Shown: positions 15,012 to 28,903 of the stretch, in pieces
Position numbering within the stretch: the stretch's first letter is position 1
Layout of the letters: the number at the start of each line of letters is the position of its first letter
Assembly (NCBI RefSeq): GCF_018350175.1
Contig: NC_058368.1
Coordinates: forward strand, 210,554,001 to 210,618,000
Direction of reading: 5' to 3'
Origin: Felis catus
Taxonomy: Eukaryota
Length of the DNA stretch: 64,000 bases
Translations under genes and position numbers: made by a program
The notes under the pieces: model-generated
What the model was told of the DNA's origin: nothing
The model's input: the letters and a program-made list of their open reading frames with translations, nothing else
Databases searched by the model: none

Positions 15012-17394
15012 TAACCTAAGTGAAGTTTCTTCTGTTGAATTTGTCATTGAAATTAGGAAATAGGTCCAAAGCCTTAAAAAGTACTTATAGCATATTCATT
15101 ATAAATAGGAGTAAAATATCTCCTTAGAGACTATTTAGAAAGTTGGCAACTAAAGTGATGATATATGTGTGTGTGATATATGATATATATGTGATATATA
15201 TATATTGGTGAGAGGTCCACATATAGCTAAATACCCATCATCTGAAGAACACAATGTTTTGATTTAACACTCCATTGCACGGTTACTTATGTTTACCATA
15301 CTTAGCCAGCCATATTCCAATGAACTCGAGTAGGGTAAAGCCTATTTAACTTCAAAATGAAACCATGATTTAATTTTTTGGAACATGATTCACAAGGTAT
15401 TTCAAGATATTGAAGTGCTTTTCGCACTCATCCTTACAGTATCATTTGTTATCACACTTTGCTGTGTGGAAATGCCATTTAAGGGAAGCTTTCAGTAAAG
15501 GGAATGCCAGATAACAGAATTTACTTCGATTTTGTCTTGAGTAGGCTTGAGATTAACTTGCATTTCTAAACTATAGTGAACTTAAAAACACCATCTCCAT
15601 GAATGGTATCTTCAAGTTATGAACACATAGCTTGGTAGGGTAAGGAATTACATCTCTGCAACTGTGATGTTGTCTCCCTAGGCTGAGATGACAATGTCAT
15701 CTGTCTTTTATCAACAGGCTTAAGTGGGCTTTTGAACTCAGAACCAGTTCTGGTCTTAGGTGTCCTAAAGGCCCTGATGATGGGGAAGGGAGTGTTCTAC
15801 TTGGTCCACAGTCAGCACCAGCAGACGCCTGGGGAGGGTTACTCAGAACCCCTGTGTCACACAGGAAGGAGTAGTGGGGCACTGGGCAGGAAGAAAAGAT
15901 ATTAATGATAGGAATAGGAAGCAAGGCTTCCCCTTCTTAAGGGAGTTTCTCCCAACTTTTTCCATGAAACTTCATAGTGAGTCTAATTAGCAAGGGGTTA
16001 GGGGAGTAGTAAGGCAGCCTTTCTTTCCTTCCTACTGACATTTTCCTGTTGGGGACAGAGAAATACCCTTCATTTTAGTTGAAGGATTAGAGAGGTGGAT
16101 TAAAAAAAGGGCGGGGGGGGGGCTAGATTCTCAGGGGAGCCTAATGCTTAGGGACAGAAGTAACAGAACCAAACCATATGTTTTCTTCCAACATTGCTGG
16201 TCTTTGATCTCTGAAATGGCAGTGGAAAAATAGTCAACTGCCATTTCCCCAAATTAGCCCGCCTCTACATGAGATCCCAGGGTGTACTTGCCTCCTCTCT
16301 GCAGGTGGTTCCTTCTCCTCGTTGCCAGGGGAAACCTCAGCTGCTCTTTTCTCTACCCCAAGTCAAAGTAGCCAGTTGTTATGATTCAGCTGATTTAAAG
16401 TTCCCACTTCTGTCCCTTTTGACATTTATTTTAACAAGCCATCTTAAGTTCTCAAATACTCATAAAGGTCATTGGGGTTTTTAGTAGTTACAGCATTTGC
16501 TATCACCTGACTATCACAGACACTGTGTTAATATCCAGCTGACTGTGCATGATCATCATCCAGGCTACGTATTAATAACGTACATTGCTGGCTGTACTGC
16601 AGAACTACAGAATCTGATTATTTTTGGGTGGGGATCAAGGATTTACAGTTTTAGTAAGTACCCCAGATGGCTCTTATTCACATTCATATTTGAGATCATT
16701 GTCTCTAAAAGATTCAGAAGTACTTTTTAATTACTACATATAATATGCAAATGAACCTCATTTGGCATAATTATGGAGCTGGATCATTTATTGACTACTT
16801 ATCTACTGGATATAGTACTAAGGGTCTTAAAATACGTAATGAAAATATTTTTGGAAAGTGATGTGGAATTCAAACTTTTGTTCATTGAATCATATTTTAA
16901 ACACACAAAGAACTATTGATGTAAAACTCCACGATAAATTCTTTTATAAAGAGAAGAATCAGTCCTTAAGTGAGATTTTCCAAATTGAGTTGTTTTATAC
17001 ATTAAGATTTCTTATGGTGAAGCATAGCTAGCTATGCTTGAAGCCAGTGCACTCATATATGGCTAAAAAATGTAGCGGATATCCAAATAAGACAGAATTT
17101 AGAATAAGCCAATAAATTTAGCATACTCATTATGATGCTGAAATTTGTGAACTTTTAATAGTTTGGGCTAAGTTCTCAGGTAGTCATAAAAACTCCTGAG
17201 TTTGTAGCAGTCATGGATTTTGATGTAATGGATCCTGTGTTAATAATCCTCACACCCCATCCTCAGAGCCCTCTGTACACCAGAAGCCATATGGATAGAG
17301 GTATGAAAGCAACCAAATCGTGTATGAAGTGAACCTTCCTCACTCTAATTCTATCCCTAAAACCCACCCTAGTTGGGTGAGATTTTCATTTCTT

Positions 17395-17622
17395 ACTTTT
17401 TTATTTTTATTTTTTAATTTTTTAAAATGTTTATTTACTTTGACAGAGAGAGAAGGAGAGAGCGTGTGAGCAGGGGAGGGGCAGAGAGAGAAGAAGACAG
17501 AGAATTCCAACCACTGGCAGTGCAGAGCCCAACACGGGGCTCAAACTCACGAACTGTGAGATCATGACCTGAGTCAAAATCAAGAGGGAGACTCTTAACC
17601 CACTGTGCCACTGGGGTGCTCC
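17395..17622 (-). mobile_element. CAN-SINE
   Basis: T-rich tail, (AG)n, reverse-complement head. Confidence 0.85.
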
Positions 17623-18660
17623 ACTTCTTCCTTTTTTTAATATCTAGGTTTGGAAGTTTTCATTTATATATGTTATTTTACAATTACAAATATATTTTTT
17701 AGATGTCAGAAGTAGATTAGCCTTTGAGCAAATATGGGTCTTACAGTCTTCTCTCATATAGAAATTTTTTAATAATTAAAAATATTTTAAATATATTACT
17801 GAGTGTATATAAATAACCTGAACTTATTTTATGATTTTTCTAATCAGTCTGAAACAGAGAAAAAGGTACTGTGTTCTGTACCATGACTCAAATATTTCCA
17901 ATGCTCCCATTCAGGACCTTCTCCATTATATAACGAATATTCTGTCAATTCACGGTAGCATAGTCAAGAGGCTGATCAAAAGCAGAGGTGTCCATTCTCT
18001 CCATTTTACTAATGTCAAACAAAATAATTAAGTAGGAGTAGTTATTATGACTGAAAATTAATTTACTACAATGAGGGAAAACTTGGGGAAATTATAGGAT
18101 TTGTCATTCAGGCCATTCTGAGTATAAATTGAGTCTCAGGAAACAAGCAAACACTTCACTAAGAATAACTGATGGCCTTTTCTGAAATGATCAAATATAT
18201 TAGCTCTGATGTCTGGTTTTACATAATCTGACTTCTGGAAGGTTTAATGCTGGATAACTGGGAAATGCAAAGGAGGACATACGTAAAGAAATTGAACAAA
18301 GGAGAACACTGATGGTATTCTAATTTTAACAAAAGCTATGCACATATTTATTTCTACTTCCAGACCATCGAAAAGCCCAGCTCAACTATTAGTTCAGTCC
18401 AATGACTTTCTTCCTTCTGCTTTTTACTATTTTGTGGGTGGTGGGGCAGGGGGTAAGTACAGGGAGAGAAATTTCATCCCCTGACTTTTTTTTTCTCTGT
18501 TCACTTATGATTACAGTAAAAAAGGCAAGTGTGTCGATCAGCTCATATGATTATTAGAAGACATAACTAGGCACTCTGGAAGGGGGGTTTTGAATTATTT
18601 ATGGATTTCACTTTTTGATGTTTTTAATCTTTCATGACATTTAAAATTGAGGGCTGACTA

Positions 18661-18844
18661 GGGGTGCCTCAGTGGCTCAGTTGGTTAAGAGGCCGACTTT
18701 GGCTCAGGTCATGATCTCAAGGCTTGTGAGTTTGAGCCCCGCATGGGGCTCTGTGCTGACAACTCAGAGCCTGGAGCCTGCTTTGCATTCTGTGTCTCCC
18801 TCTCTCTCTCTCTCTGCCCTTCCCCCTCTTGTGCGCGTGCGCGC

Positions 18845-18887
<43 letters not shown>

Positions 18888-18912
18888 AATAAATAAACGT
18901 TAAAAAAATTTT
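18661..18912 (+). mobile_element. CAN-SINE
   Basis: Head, (CT)n, A tail; TSD-like aattgagggct on both sides. Confidence 0.9.
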
Positions 18913-19734
18913 TAATTGAGGGCTAATTAGAGAACAACAAATTGCCCAGCCATTGTTGTTGTGTCTGTGTCCTCCCATGGAAGCAGGGCTGTACTTTGGG
19001 TTACACTGATTGCTCACAGAGATCCTTCCAACAGGAAGACAATTCCTTCTCTGAGTCAACTAATCCTGTCAGCTACTATGGTTGAATTGCAGTGTACATA
19101 TCACCGACAGCTATTAAAAAATAAGATCGATACCTGTTTCTTCTTTCTAGCAGTAAAGTGATATAAAATCTAGCCTGGAAAAACACATTGGTTGCTATAC
19201 CAAAGAGACAGTTCTAAGAACAGGATGGAGAGAACCCAGGCTAGTGTGAGGGGGCATGGAGGAGGGGCGACTTTTTTCACTCACTTTGTGCCTTGAATGA
19301 GTAATTTCTATCTTAAAAAAGCATGAAGTTAAGGAGGATTTAACTATAAATCTATTTCTTTATCCACAGGACAGAATTCCACTTTCTAAAAGGTAACACA
19401 TTACTTGCCTCGACCCCAGGGCATGCCGTGTTGTTTCTGATGTGTCACAGAAAGCCTGTACTAACTACAGCTAAAGAAACTTGTTTCTTGCTCTGAATTT
19501 CAGTCTCACTGATCCGAACAGATGGGTTCCTGCTCTTAAAGAGAGGCGAGAACCTATGTTTCACTTTCCATTTAGGTTGGTGTGGAAATTTTCAAGATTT
19601 TCTATTCATCTTCCCCTCTGCCACCCATCAAGGCCATCCTCAGCTTGACTCTGCTCTTGTCTGAGATCTATTCTTGATCTGTGTCATTAAAAAACTTCCT
19701 TGACCAAAGTTCCCCTCCCATTTACAGGTACTAG

Positions 19735-19902
<168 letters not shown>

Positions 19903-20205
19903 ATGTAGGATCTGGGGACCAGGGCATTGGGTGCAGCCACATGGCTCCAAATGACTAAACATCAGCCCCAAACCAGGATCACATTTGATTTCATGTTCAT
20001 CCCAGTGATTCTTCCCTATCAACACACACTGCATTTTCTAGGGCAGGCATTACACTATGTAGTTAACTGTGACTTAACTTCTCTGAAACTGTTTCCTTAG
20101 CTCTAGTATAGGAATTAATTAAAATAAGATTTGGAAAGCTCTTAGAGCCAGGCTCTAGGATACATACATGTGTCTAATAGACATTAGGTGCCTTCTTTGG
20201 CCATT

Positions 20206-20211
20206 AATAAA
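20206..20211 (+). promoter_or_regulatory. Probable polyadenylation signal for canonical CAPSL 3' end
   Basis: AATAAA about 300 nt after the stop codon, followed by T-rich sequence. Confidence 0.6.
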
Positions 20212-20332
20212 AGTTTGAGTATTTTAATTATAATTCCCACCCACACACCCACAGTCTTTCTCCACATCCTTTTAGATGGTTTATTTCTAGGTGTGAGAAT
20301 TCATCTGTTTTTATGACTGACTGTAAATTTTC

Positions 20333-20574
20333 TTTAAGTTTATTTATTTATTTGGCAAGAGAGAGACAGAGAGAGGGAGAGAGAGAGCTCACAAGCACAC
20401 ATGAATGGGGGAGGGGCAGAGAGAGACAGGGAGAGAGAGACAATCCCAAGCAGACTCCATGCTATCATCGCAGAGGAGACAGATGAGGGGCTCAAACTCA
20501 TGAACTGTGAGATCATGACCTGAGCTGAAACCAAGAGTCAGATGTCTAACTGACTGAGCCACCCAGGCACCCCC
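20333..20574 (-). mobile_element. CAN-SINE
   Basis: Reverse-complement head ...gagccacccaggcacccc, (AG)n, T-rich tail. Confidence 0.88.
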
Positions 20575-23500
20575 CTGACTTTAAGAGCTTCAGTTACAAA
20601 TTGGGTACCAGAAGAGAACACACATTAGCCTCAATTTTTATACCTGAATCTTGAGTTTCTCTGCCCGTGGTTTAGGGAAGCCTTGGTGTGGTGAATAGAT
20701 TAGAATGACATTTTTGGGTCATCTAAAGCTTCTGTGAGATGGGAGGCCATTTCCTTGAGCAGTAGAGCTAGGACCATCCCTGTGGTTAAAATTTGAGGCT
20801 GGGCTGTGCTCTCAGATTTTATGGGGGACCTCTTGTTTAGTGAGTGAGCAGATTGTATCATCAAACCTTTGTCCGGTGGAATGTTCACCATGGGCCTACC
20901 ATGGGCCAATGATGTTGACATTCCCACCATCACAAGAGGGTGGGGTATGACATAGACAAGGGTCACAGTCCTACTCCAAAGAGTGTGTTCCATCTTGACA
21001 CTTTATGGCCCAAAGTATTCTCCTTCCAGCTCTAAGCTTTGGCTTTATATTGTCAATGTGCAAGAATCTTCCCATGAAAGACTTCGAAGCAAAGGCAGCT
21101 TCAGCTGTTAGGAAATAGATGTTGAAACTATCACTCTCCTTCTATGTGTTCTGTGTCTGGGGTCAGAGATAAAAACACAGTGATCAGCCCTTTGGCTGTG
21201 ATGCTGGAGGTAATTACCACCTGCCTTGTTATCAGGGCCATCCTTTTTTGTCTCCTCTGTCCCTGGCTGTACTCATCCCCTGGCTTGGGGGCATGCATTG
21301 GGATAATAGTTAAGATCCCATGTATTTAAGTGGCTCTAGAATTAGGGTCAAGCACACTTGCCATATTTTGTACTAATTCACTTGTTTACTTTTATCTCAC
21401 AGACTTGGAAGTCTAGATCAAGATATACTTTGATTTAAAATTTGTGTTTAGAGCAGGTGTTTCCAGATGAGAATCATGGCAGTTTGCTTGTTGTCAAGAA
21501 GCCAAACTCCCACAGACTCTGATGACAGACTGGAAAAGTGACCTTTTTCTTGAGGATGGGAGCACCCCCAAATTTTGGGAAGCTAGTTTTTCAGAAATTA
21601 ATTACAAAAGTTTGGTTTTCCACTGGACTTATTATCTAGGCTTATATAAAGATTGGAAGGCTGAAAGATGCCAAGTATTATGAAGAAATATGTAGAAATG
21701 AGGCAGAAATCCAGTAGAAATTGTGATGGGCTGTATCAGAAAAATATCCATGTTTTCTGTAACCTGTACTTTGCCAGTCGTGGCTAAGGAGAGGTTCCTG
21801 GTTTCCTGGCCATGGGCAGTTTCAAGCCTACTGCTCTAGATAGATCTGTGTCTTTGATTCTAGGAATGACTCATACCTCTGCTTAACTGGGGACATAGAG
21901 TTAGCATGTGATTCTGAACAAGGACTAGGTCATAGCTATCAGCTTCGTCTCCCCCAGTCATATTTTTACTTCCTGTCTAAATGGGGCACAGGCCATTCTC
22001 TCAGATTTTAGATAACACGTGCCTCACAGTCTGTTTGGTCACATTCAGTTATCTCTCTTCTAGCAGGTCAGGTTGTGGGCCCAAAAGTGAGGATTCCCCC
22101 AAGGGCCTCTCCCCTACCCCCCTCCTCCCTCCACCCCTGTAAACAAGATCTAGCAAGTTGATCATCAAGGATCACTCCACTCCTATTTTGAGGCTTCTCT
22201 GTGATTTCTGGCCTAGTCAGAAATTTAACTCGATTATTATAAATTTAACTGTATTATAAATTTAACTCATTATTTAACTCTATTCCTTCTGGTAGCAGTG
22301 GGAGGAACAGAGAAGAGTCATTTAAGAAAAATCATTTGCTAATACTTTTCTGGATGTAGTTTTTGTTTATTTGACTTTCACAATTTAAATTTTACTCCAT
22401 TTGCAAATTAAAAAGTAGATAAAACACGATAAAAAAATCTCCAAAATAACCCGTAGGAGCACCTTACCTGTTGGGTCTGAACCCCAGAGAGCAAGTAAAC
22501 ATACAAGCCAAAGATAAGAGGGTGAATTTAGTAGCTTCTCCTGAAACAGAAACAGTGTATGTGAATATTCTGAGAATCGTAATTGCTCAGAATAAGCCGC
22601 CAATATCAGTACTGTATCTGGGTTCTAGCTCCCCCTAAAGCCAACCCTAGGGAGGAAGGGAGGGGTGACCCTAACTCAGCCTCTCTTCAAGGGCTGGTTC
22701 ACATCCTGCCTGAGTTCCCTTCAGAAGCACAGGTGAGTAATTCAAGAAACGTTGGTGCCATAGTCTAGGGCAGAATTCCTCCTGTCATTCTGCACGGCTA
22801 ATTTTCTGACATTCATAGACATTCAAACCTTGATAGAATTTTTCTTCCCAGACCCAAATGGCACCCTGGAGGCTGATGTATGGCTGTTGGTTTGGTGGCA
22901 GCATGGAGTAACACTTCATACCCTAGTAGCAGCTTTCTAAGGCAGAGCTGCCCCTCCCCCCCCCCCCCCCCCCAAGTAGGCTGTAGATTGGCTTTGTCAC
23001 ATCACAGTGTTAGATTGAATACATCCCACTGGTAAATATGTATTGAGTCACTGCTATGTGCCCTGTTCTACTCTAGGCTGTGGGGATAGAGGAAGGAGCT
23101 AGAATGAATGTAAATAAAACCACTGGCTTTCAAACCAAACTAATAGCCCAGAGCTAAGATATCAGAGAGGAAACATAGGCACTGAAGCCAAGACAGTTGC
23201 AGCGCTTTATATGGCAGTGTGTTGCAGAGCATGTAGAAAATTTGTTGAATGTAGACAATCTATCAAGACAATGTCAGGAAAATACTCTTCTGTTCTTGGA
23301 AGCAGACCATTGTGTCTGCCTTTCACTTCTCTTGGCCAGTGTGGATTGCCTCACTGAGCCACAAGAGTACAAGCAGGTAATGATTCAAGCCTCTATAGGC
23401 ACCCAACAGATGGAATTTGTTCTGCTGATGTTTAATCAAGTGGAGAGATGAAATTAACCAAATGCATTTTTGGCTGGTGTGTGGGTGCCTTTCTGCTCCC

Positions 23501-26500
23501 CTTTCATGAAATTCTACTAACACCTCTGAGCGCTATACCCTTTTGGATTTATGCACAACTCTCTGGGGCATAGAGAATCATGGCAGTTCCAATTTCTCAG
23601 TTCAGTCCATAGAATGGCTTTCTTGGAAATTATAGGCTGTTCTTTTAAATCAAGAGCTTGTTGAAAGAAGCAGCAAAGTTTTACATTTCAGAAATGCTTA
23701 TGATTCAAGGAAAAACAAAGGGGCCAAGGATCTGATAGGTTGTCATATAATGTTATCTTCATATAATTGATCTTTTTGAAAGCCAATGTCTCTAAGCATG
23801 ATCCTACTCTTCCAGGTCGCTGATGTGGAAACTATATAACCTTGATGGAGATAGCCAGTTCTTTTCTTCTCATAAAAAAGCTCACTAAATGAATCCTCTA
23901 AAATTATGTCTTGTAAAACAGATGACGGGTGAAATCTGTTGGAAGAAACATAAACAAATGATTGATGGGGGTTCTGAGAACACTGCTGTGTGAGAAGAGT
24001 TCTTTTGCCACCTCAGTTGGTGCGGTGAGAGGTTGTGGTGAAGCAGCTCTTCCTCTCTGAGAATAGCATGACCTTCTTGTTTTATTTTCACACCTGCTTC
24101 GCCAAAGCCAGTATCTTCCCTCAGCAGAATAGAGTGGAAGGTGCTCGTTAGGAGTGCAAGACACTGAAACTATGAGCCACCAACCATTAGCTGAGGTTTT
24201 GATAATGGACCTGGCAACTACCAGAAAGGTATATTGTATCAGGGAAAGAAAAATCTCCTAATGTAATGGTCTATTTTCTTTTGTTCTAGATTCTTCTTCC
24301 TCTTCATAAGTGGAATTTATTTATGGTTTCTCTGGAGTGTTACACAAATCCTAGCAGCCATTGAACACGGGTGATGCAATTTCTGTTTCACCAAAGTTCC
24401 TGTGAGCGCCGTGGGTTTCCTGTTCCCACTCTCACTCCCAACATGGGGTCAAGTGGCAGATAGCCAAGATATGCACAGGGTCATACCCATTACGCTGCCC
24501 ATGTAACTATCATTCATCTCCAGTTTCATTCTGCTCTAGGTCCCATAATAAATTTAAGATGGACCCTGTGACTCAGAGCTCAAGCACCTGAAATTTGAAG
24601 CCAGACCTGAGTATGTAGCTTGTAATCCTGTCATGAAAGACTTGAGTTACTTTTTCTTTTTCTTTTTTTTTTTTACCAACCTTAAAATTTGGCGCTCAGA
24701 CACTGGTATTGATTCTGGGAACATCTCGATCTTCAATTTGAAAGGTTTGAGTTGCTTGTCTCCTAGAAACACTTAGGCCACATGCGGAACTGATGACAAT
24801 CAGTGCTCGGAGAGAGCCTTAGAGCAGGAAAGGAACCCATAATTGAGAGAAAATGACAGATGGCAGAGTAGTTTGCTCTTGCCACGGTTATAGGGAGCCC
24901 CAAAGCACTTCCACCTTGATGGGATAAAGTGCAACAGAAATGCAGGGCATTACCAAACGTCAGGCACTGACTTAATGAGACCCAGATCATTCTTTTAGTT
25001 TCCAAGGGGGACTGGAAATTAAATTCTGTTCCACAGATTGCATACTTAGTCATGCCTCAAATCTCATTTAGCAATATCATTCAGCATTCATTTATTTAAG
25101 ATTATCTTTGAAGCTGCACAGTAAATACCATAAATCACCATTAATTTAACTTTGCTAATTGAGTTCATTTAGATAGGGTTTGAATCAAAATTTACTTTTG
25201 TTTCATCTATACTAAAGAGAATGAGCAGGTCAGTATATAAAGATTATAGGAGCTGTGCTTACCTACATTCATGTGTGTTTTATAGGTACTTGGAGATATC
25301 TATTTGCATATGGATGCCATTAGTAGGCTAGTGCTAAAAAGTTCCCACATATCTCAAAACCGTCCTAGGCCAATTGTTTGATGGCAAAGCTTTATTTATG
25401 CAACTGTACGTAACACAAACTATTTTCTAGATATTGAGGCATTCTTATATGTAAATCCTATCCTGATTGTATTTTAAATAGAAATTGAAGCTGAAATAAC
25501 AATGTTTTATAAGGCACAATTTCCATGACATTTATGCTATAAATTTTAAAATAATTTGTTTAAAAAGTTATACATGCTTATAGTAGTAAGCTACATATGC
25601 ATTGAAAGTAAGAATTTGTCATAAAAGCAATAGTTAGGATATTACTTCAAGGAACCAGAAATTGAGAAGTTTTTGAGTTACAAAATTAGATATGGTTTAA
25701 ATATATAATAACAACTTTGTCATTGTTATTTTATCATACCGTGCCTTGCCATTAACATGATTCTGATTTAATAGAATTTCTTCAATTTAAGGCTGGAAAA
25801 CATTAACGACCCTTGTAGTAAAAGAGTTCATCTAGTTTTTATTTCTGTTTTAAGGTCTTTCTAAAATCTATTTCTTCTTAATTAGCTAACATGTTACATA
25901 TCATGCTTCTTTAAAAGTTTACTTCCTAGATGGTGCTTTTGGATCATTTAAAAATGTTATGTGTGTGATATTTCAGTTTCAGGTTATGGAATTTATTCTT
26001 TGAAAATGATGAGGCCCTGTTCAAACTGTACTTGCTCATGTTTTTAAAAGAACAAAATGTAATCCACCCCCCCCCCAAAAAAAAACCCACATTATTTTGA
26101 CAGCCAAGAATGAGAGTTTGAAAATTTTATGTTAACATTCATTTTCTTGCAGGCTTGGACTACTTCTGTCTAGTGGGCCAAGCAAGTTCCCACAATGCTC
26201 AGCCTCTGAGTGGTGCCCCTAGGACTGTGGGCAATAGAATTACTCTATGTGCTGGTATTGAGGAATGGGGGTGGTTAAGAGGGATGAGAGAGAAATGGAA
26301 CCTAGGGGCTGATTCCTGCTCTTTTACTTTCTCGTTTCCCATTGTAGGAGGCACAGGGCCAACTATGAAATGCTAACATGTATCCTGACCAAATTGAGAA
26401 ATTGGCCTTCTAGCACTTCTTATATGGCTAGTTCCTTGCCCTCTGCTATTGAATACCAGGCATCATGGATTCCTGGGTGACCAAGGATCCTGGAAAGTGC

Positions 26501-26649
26501 CCCCACTGTCTAGTTCTATCCTTACTTATGTGATCAGTCTAAACTTTCCCTAAAGAGCTTTTTTTTTTCTGTGCATTTATGCTGTAAATTTCTCTATCCT
26601 AATGTACTAATAATAATCACAGGTGCAATCATACAAAGGATGCTCTAAA

Positions 26650-27091
26650 GTAGTGCTTTCTCATAGAAACTTCTGTGATGATGGAAATATTCTACATCTG
26701 TGCTCTCCAAGATGTCAGCCACTAGCCACATATGGCTACTGAGCAGTTTAAATGTGGCTAGTTCAGGGCGCCTGGGTGGTGCAGTTGGTTAAGCGTCCGA
26801 CTTCAGCCAGGTCACGATCTCGCGGTCCGTGAGTTCGAGCCCTGCGTCAGGCTCTGGGCTGATGGCTCAGAGCCTGGAGCCTGTTTCTGATTCTGTGTCT
26901 CCCTCTCTCTCTGCCCCTCCCCCGTTCATGCTCTGTCTCTCTCTGTCCCAAAAATAAATGTTGAAAGAAAAAAAAAATTTTTTAATGTGGCTAGTTCAAT
27001 TGAGGAATTCAATTTTTCATTATGTTTAATTTTAACCAATTTAAATTTAAAAGCCGTATGTGACTAGTGGCTACTGTACTGGATAGCACAG
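26650..27091 (+). mobile_element. MER3-like DNA transposon, interrupted by a SINE
   Basis: ttctgtgatgatggaaatattctaca...gccactagccacatatggctactgagca...aatgtggctagt; continues after the SINE to ggatagcacag. Confidence 0.8.
26766..26983 (+). mobile_element. Young CAN-SINE (SINEC_Fc-like)
   Basis: TSD aatgtggctagttca at 26751-26765 and 26984-26998. Confidence 0.95.
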
Positions 27092-27111
27092 TTCTAAACA
27101 TTTTTTATCTT

Positions 27112-27346
27112 TTTTTTTTTTTTTAATTTTTTTTTTCTTCAACGTTTTGATTTATTTTTGGGACAGAGAGAGACAGAGCATGAACGGGGGAGGGGCAGAG
27201 AGAGAGAGGGAGACACAGAATCGGAAACAGGCTCCAGGCTCTGAGCCATCAGCCCAGAGCCTGACGCGGGGCTCGAACTCACGGACCGCGAGATCGTGAC
27301 CTGGCTGAAGTCGGACGCTTAACCGACTGCGCCACCCAGGCGCCCC
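27112..27346 (-). mobile_element. Young CAN-SINE (SINEC_Fc-like)
   Basis: TSD taaacattttttatctt at 27095-27111 and 27347-27363; CpGs intact. Confidence 0.95.
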
Positions 27347-27534
27347 TAAACATTTTTTATCTTAATGCAAAAAAAATGATGGCCAGTGGGCTGGCAAATC
27401 TTGCAAATGCCCCACCTTAGAGGGGAAAGGAAAGCCAGGTACCCTGATCCCCAATTACCTGAGTTTCTTGATTGCCAATGGCAATTCAGACTCAATAGAA
27501 AACATTTCAGGGAGAGTGTAAAATGCTCTACTAA

Positions 27535-27702
<168 letters not shown>

Positions 27703-28161
27703 CACTGTCTATTAATTCTTTTGGAAATCATGGACTCTCAGAGAGTGGAATGACTTTGAAAGAAGTCCATTGCGATAGATTTTTGATAGAATATAAACTG
27801 AAGTTTCTGAAAAAGCTAGCCTATGAAAAGCAATAGATCTTCAGTCATCTTACTTAATTGCCTGGAACATATCCATATTCTTAAATGCCTAGGATATATA
27901 TTTAAATCAGAAAGAAAGGAAGAACAGAAGGAAGAAAGGAAGCCATGGAGTGAGGCTGGAAAGTGGGTCTTAGGTGAAATCATGTATTTCTTGTTATAGT
28001 TGTTTCTCTTATAGGTGTACATGTAGGTGGCTCCCCAACTTTCACTTATTTGTTGTCTTTGGAGTCTTTAGCAGGAGGTGATGATAAAAGGATTGGAGGA
28101 ACATCTGACTGTGTAAAATATCCTGAGCTTACTTATTTTAATGTGTCTCTTGGTGAATGCA

Positions 28162-28167
28162 AATAAA
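28162..28167 (+). promoter_or_regulatory. Candidate polyadenylation signal for the alternative CAPSL last exon
   Basis: AATAAA about 460 nt after the alternative stop, followed by T-rich and GT-containing sequence. Confidence 0.5.
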
Positions 28168-28689
28168 ATTTATTTTATTCTGAAATTTAGTGGCTTTTTT
28201 TACCCCCCTATTTTCATATTTTGATCCAGGGATTTAAAGTCAGCAAATTCCCACACATGAATGAACGGGGACATAAGTGATTCTGGGGACAAAAGGAGGG
28301 TGAGCTCAGTTGGCCCTCTTAGTTGAAGGCTGGGTTTTCATGGAGTGGGATCACTTCCTGGGTTGGCCTATTAGGATAAAAAGCAGTGCACAGGGAAATC
28401 GATGGGCTTATAAGAAGCTTTGGATACTTTCTGGAGCTTTAAGGTAAATTGATGAGGAGGACTTTGAAAATGTTTTGGGAATTCATCTTTGGAACCTACA
28501 TTTAGGCTCCTTCACAAGGCAGGTGATACCAGGTTTCCGGACCCATTTCTCTTCCTCTAATATCTGCTTCTTGGGAAACAAAAGTGGCTGGGAATTGATT
28601 ACTCATATAACCACAGGCTCTTCACCTTGAAAAGATGAAGAAATGAAGTGGGAGAGGAGAGGAAAGGCTGATGCTGTGCTTCTCAAACT

Positions 28690-28903
28690 TAAAAAAAATT
28701 TTTTTTTAAATATTTATTTTGGGAGAAAGAGAGAGTGCAAGTGGGGGAGGGAGAGAGAGAGAGAGGGAGAGAAAGAATCCTAAGCAGGCTTTGCCCTGTC
28801 AGTACAGAGACCAACATAGGGCTCAAACTCACAAACCATGAGGTCACTACCTAAGCCTAAACCAAGAGTCAGACACTCAACCAACTGACTACCCAGGTGC
28901 CCC
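28690..28903 (-). mobile_element. CAN-SINE
   Basis: Reverse head acccaggtgcccc; TSD-like cttctc(a/g)aactt. Confidence 0.85.

Noticed and set aside
22221..22283. Repeated aaatttaact units resembling a tiny array
   Set aside because: AT-rich slippage repeat with irregular short spacers; no CRISPR-like or functional signal. Similar small duplications at 2881-2932 and 32995-33023 were also dismissed.
26130..26173. Good-looking acceptor cattttcttgcag as a third terminal exon
   Set aside because: Phase-0 reading gives AWTTSV* with no similarity to CAPSL; no other support.
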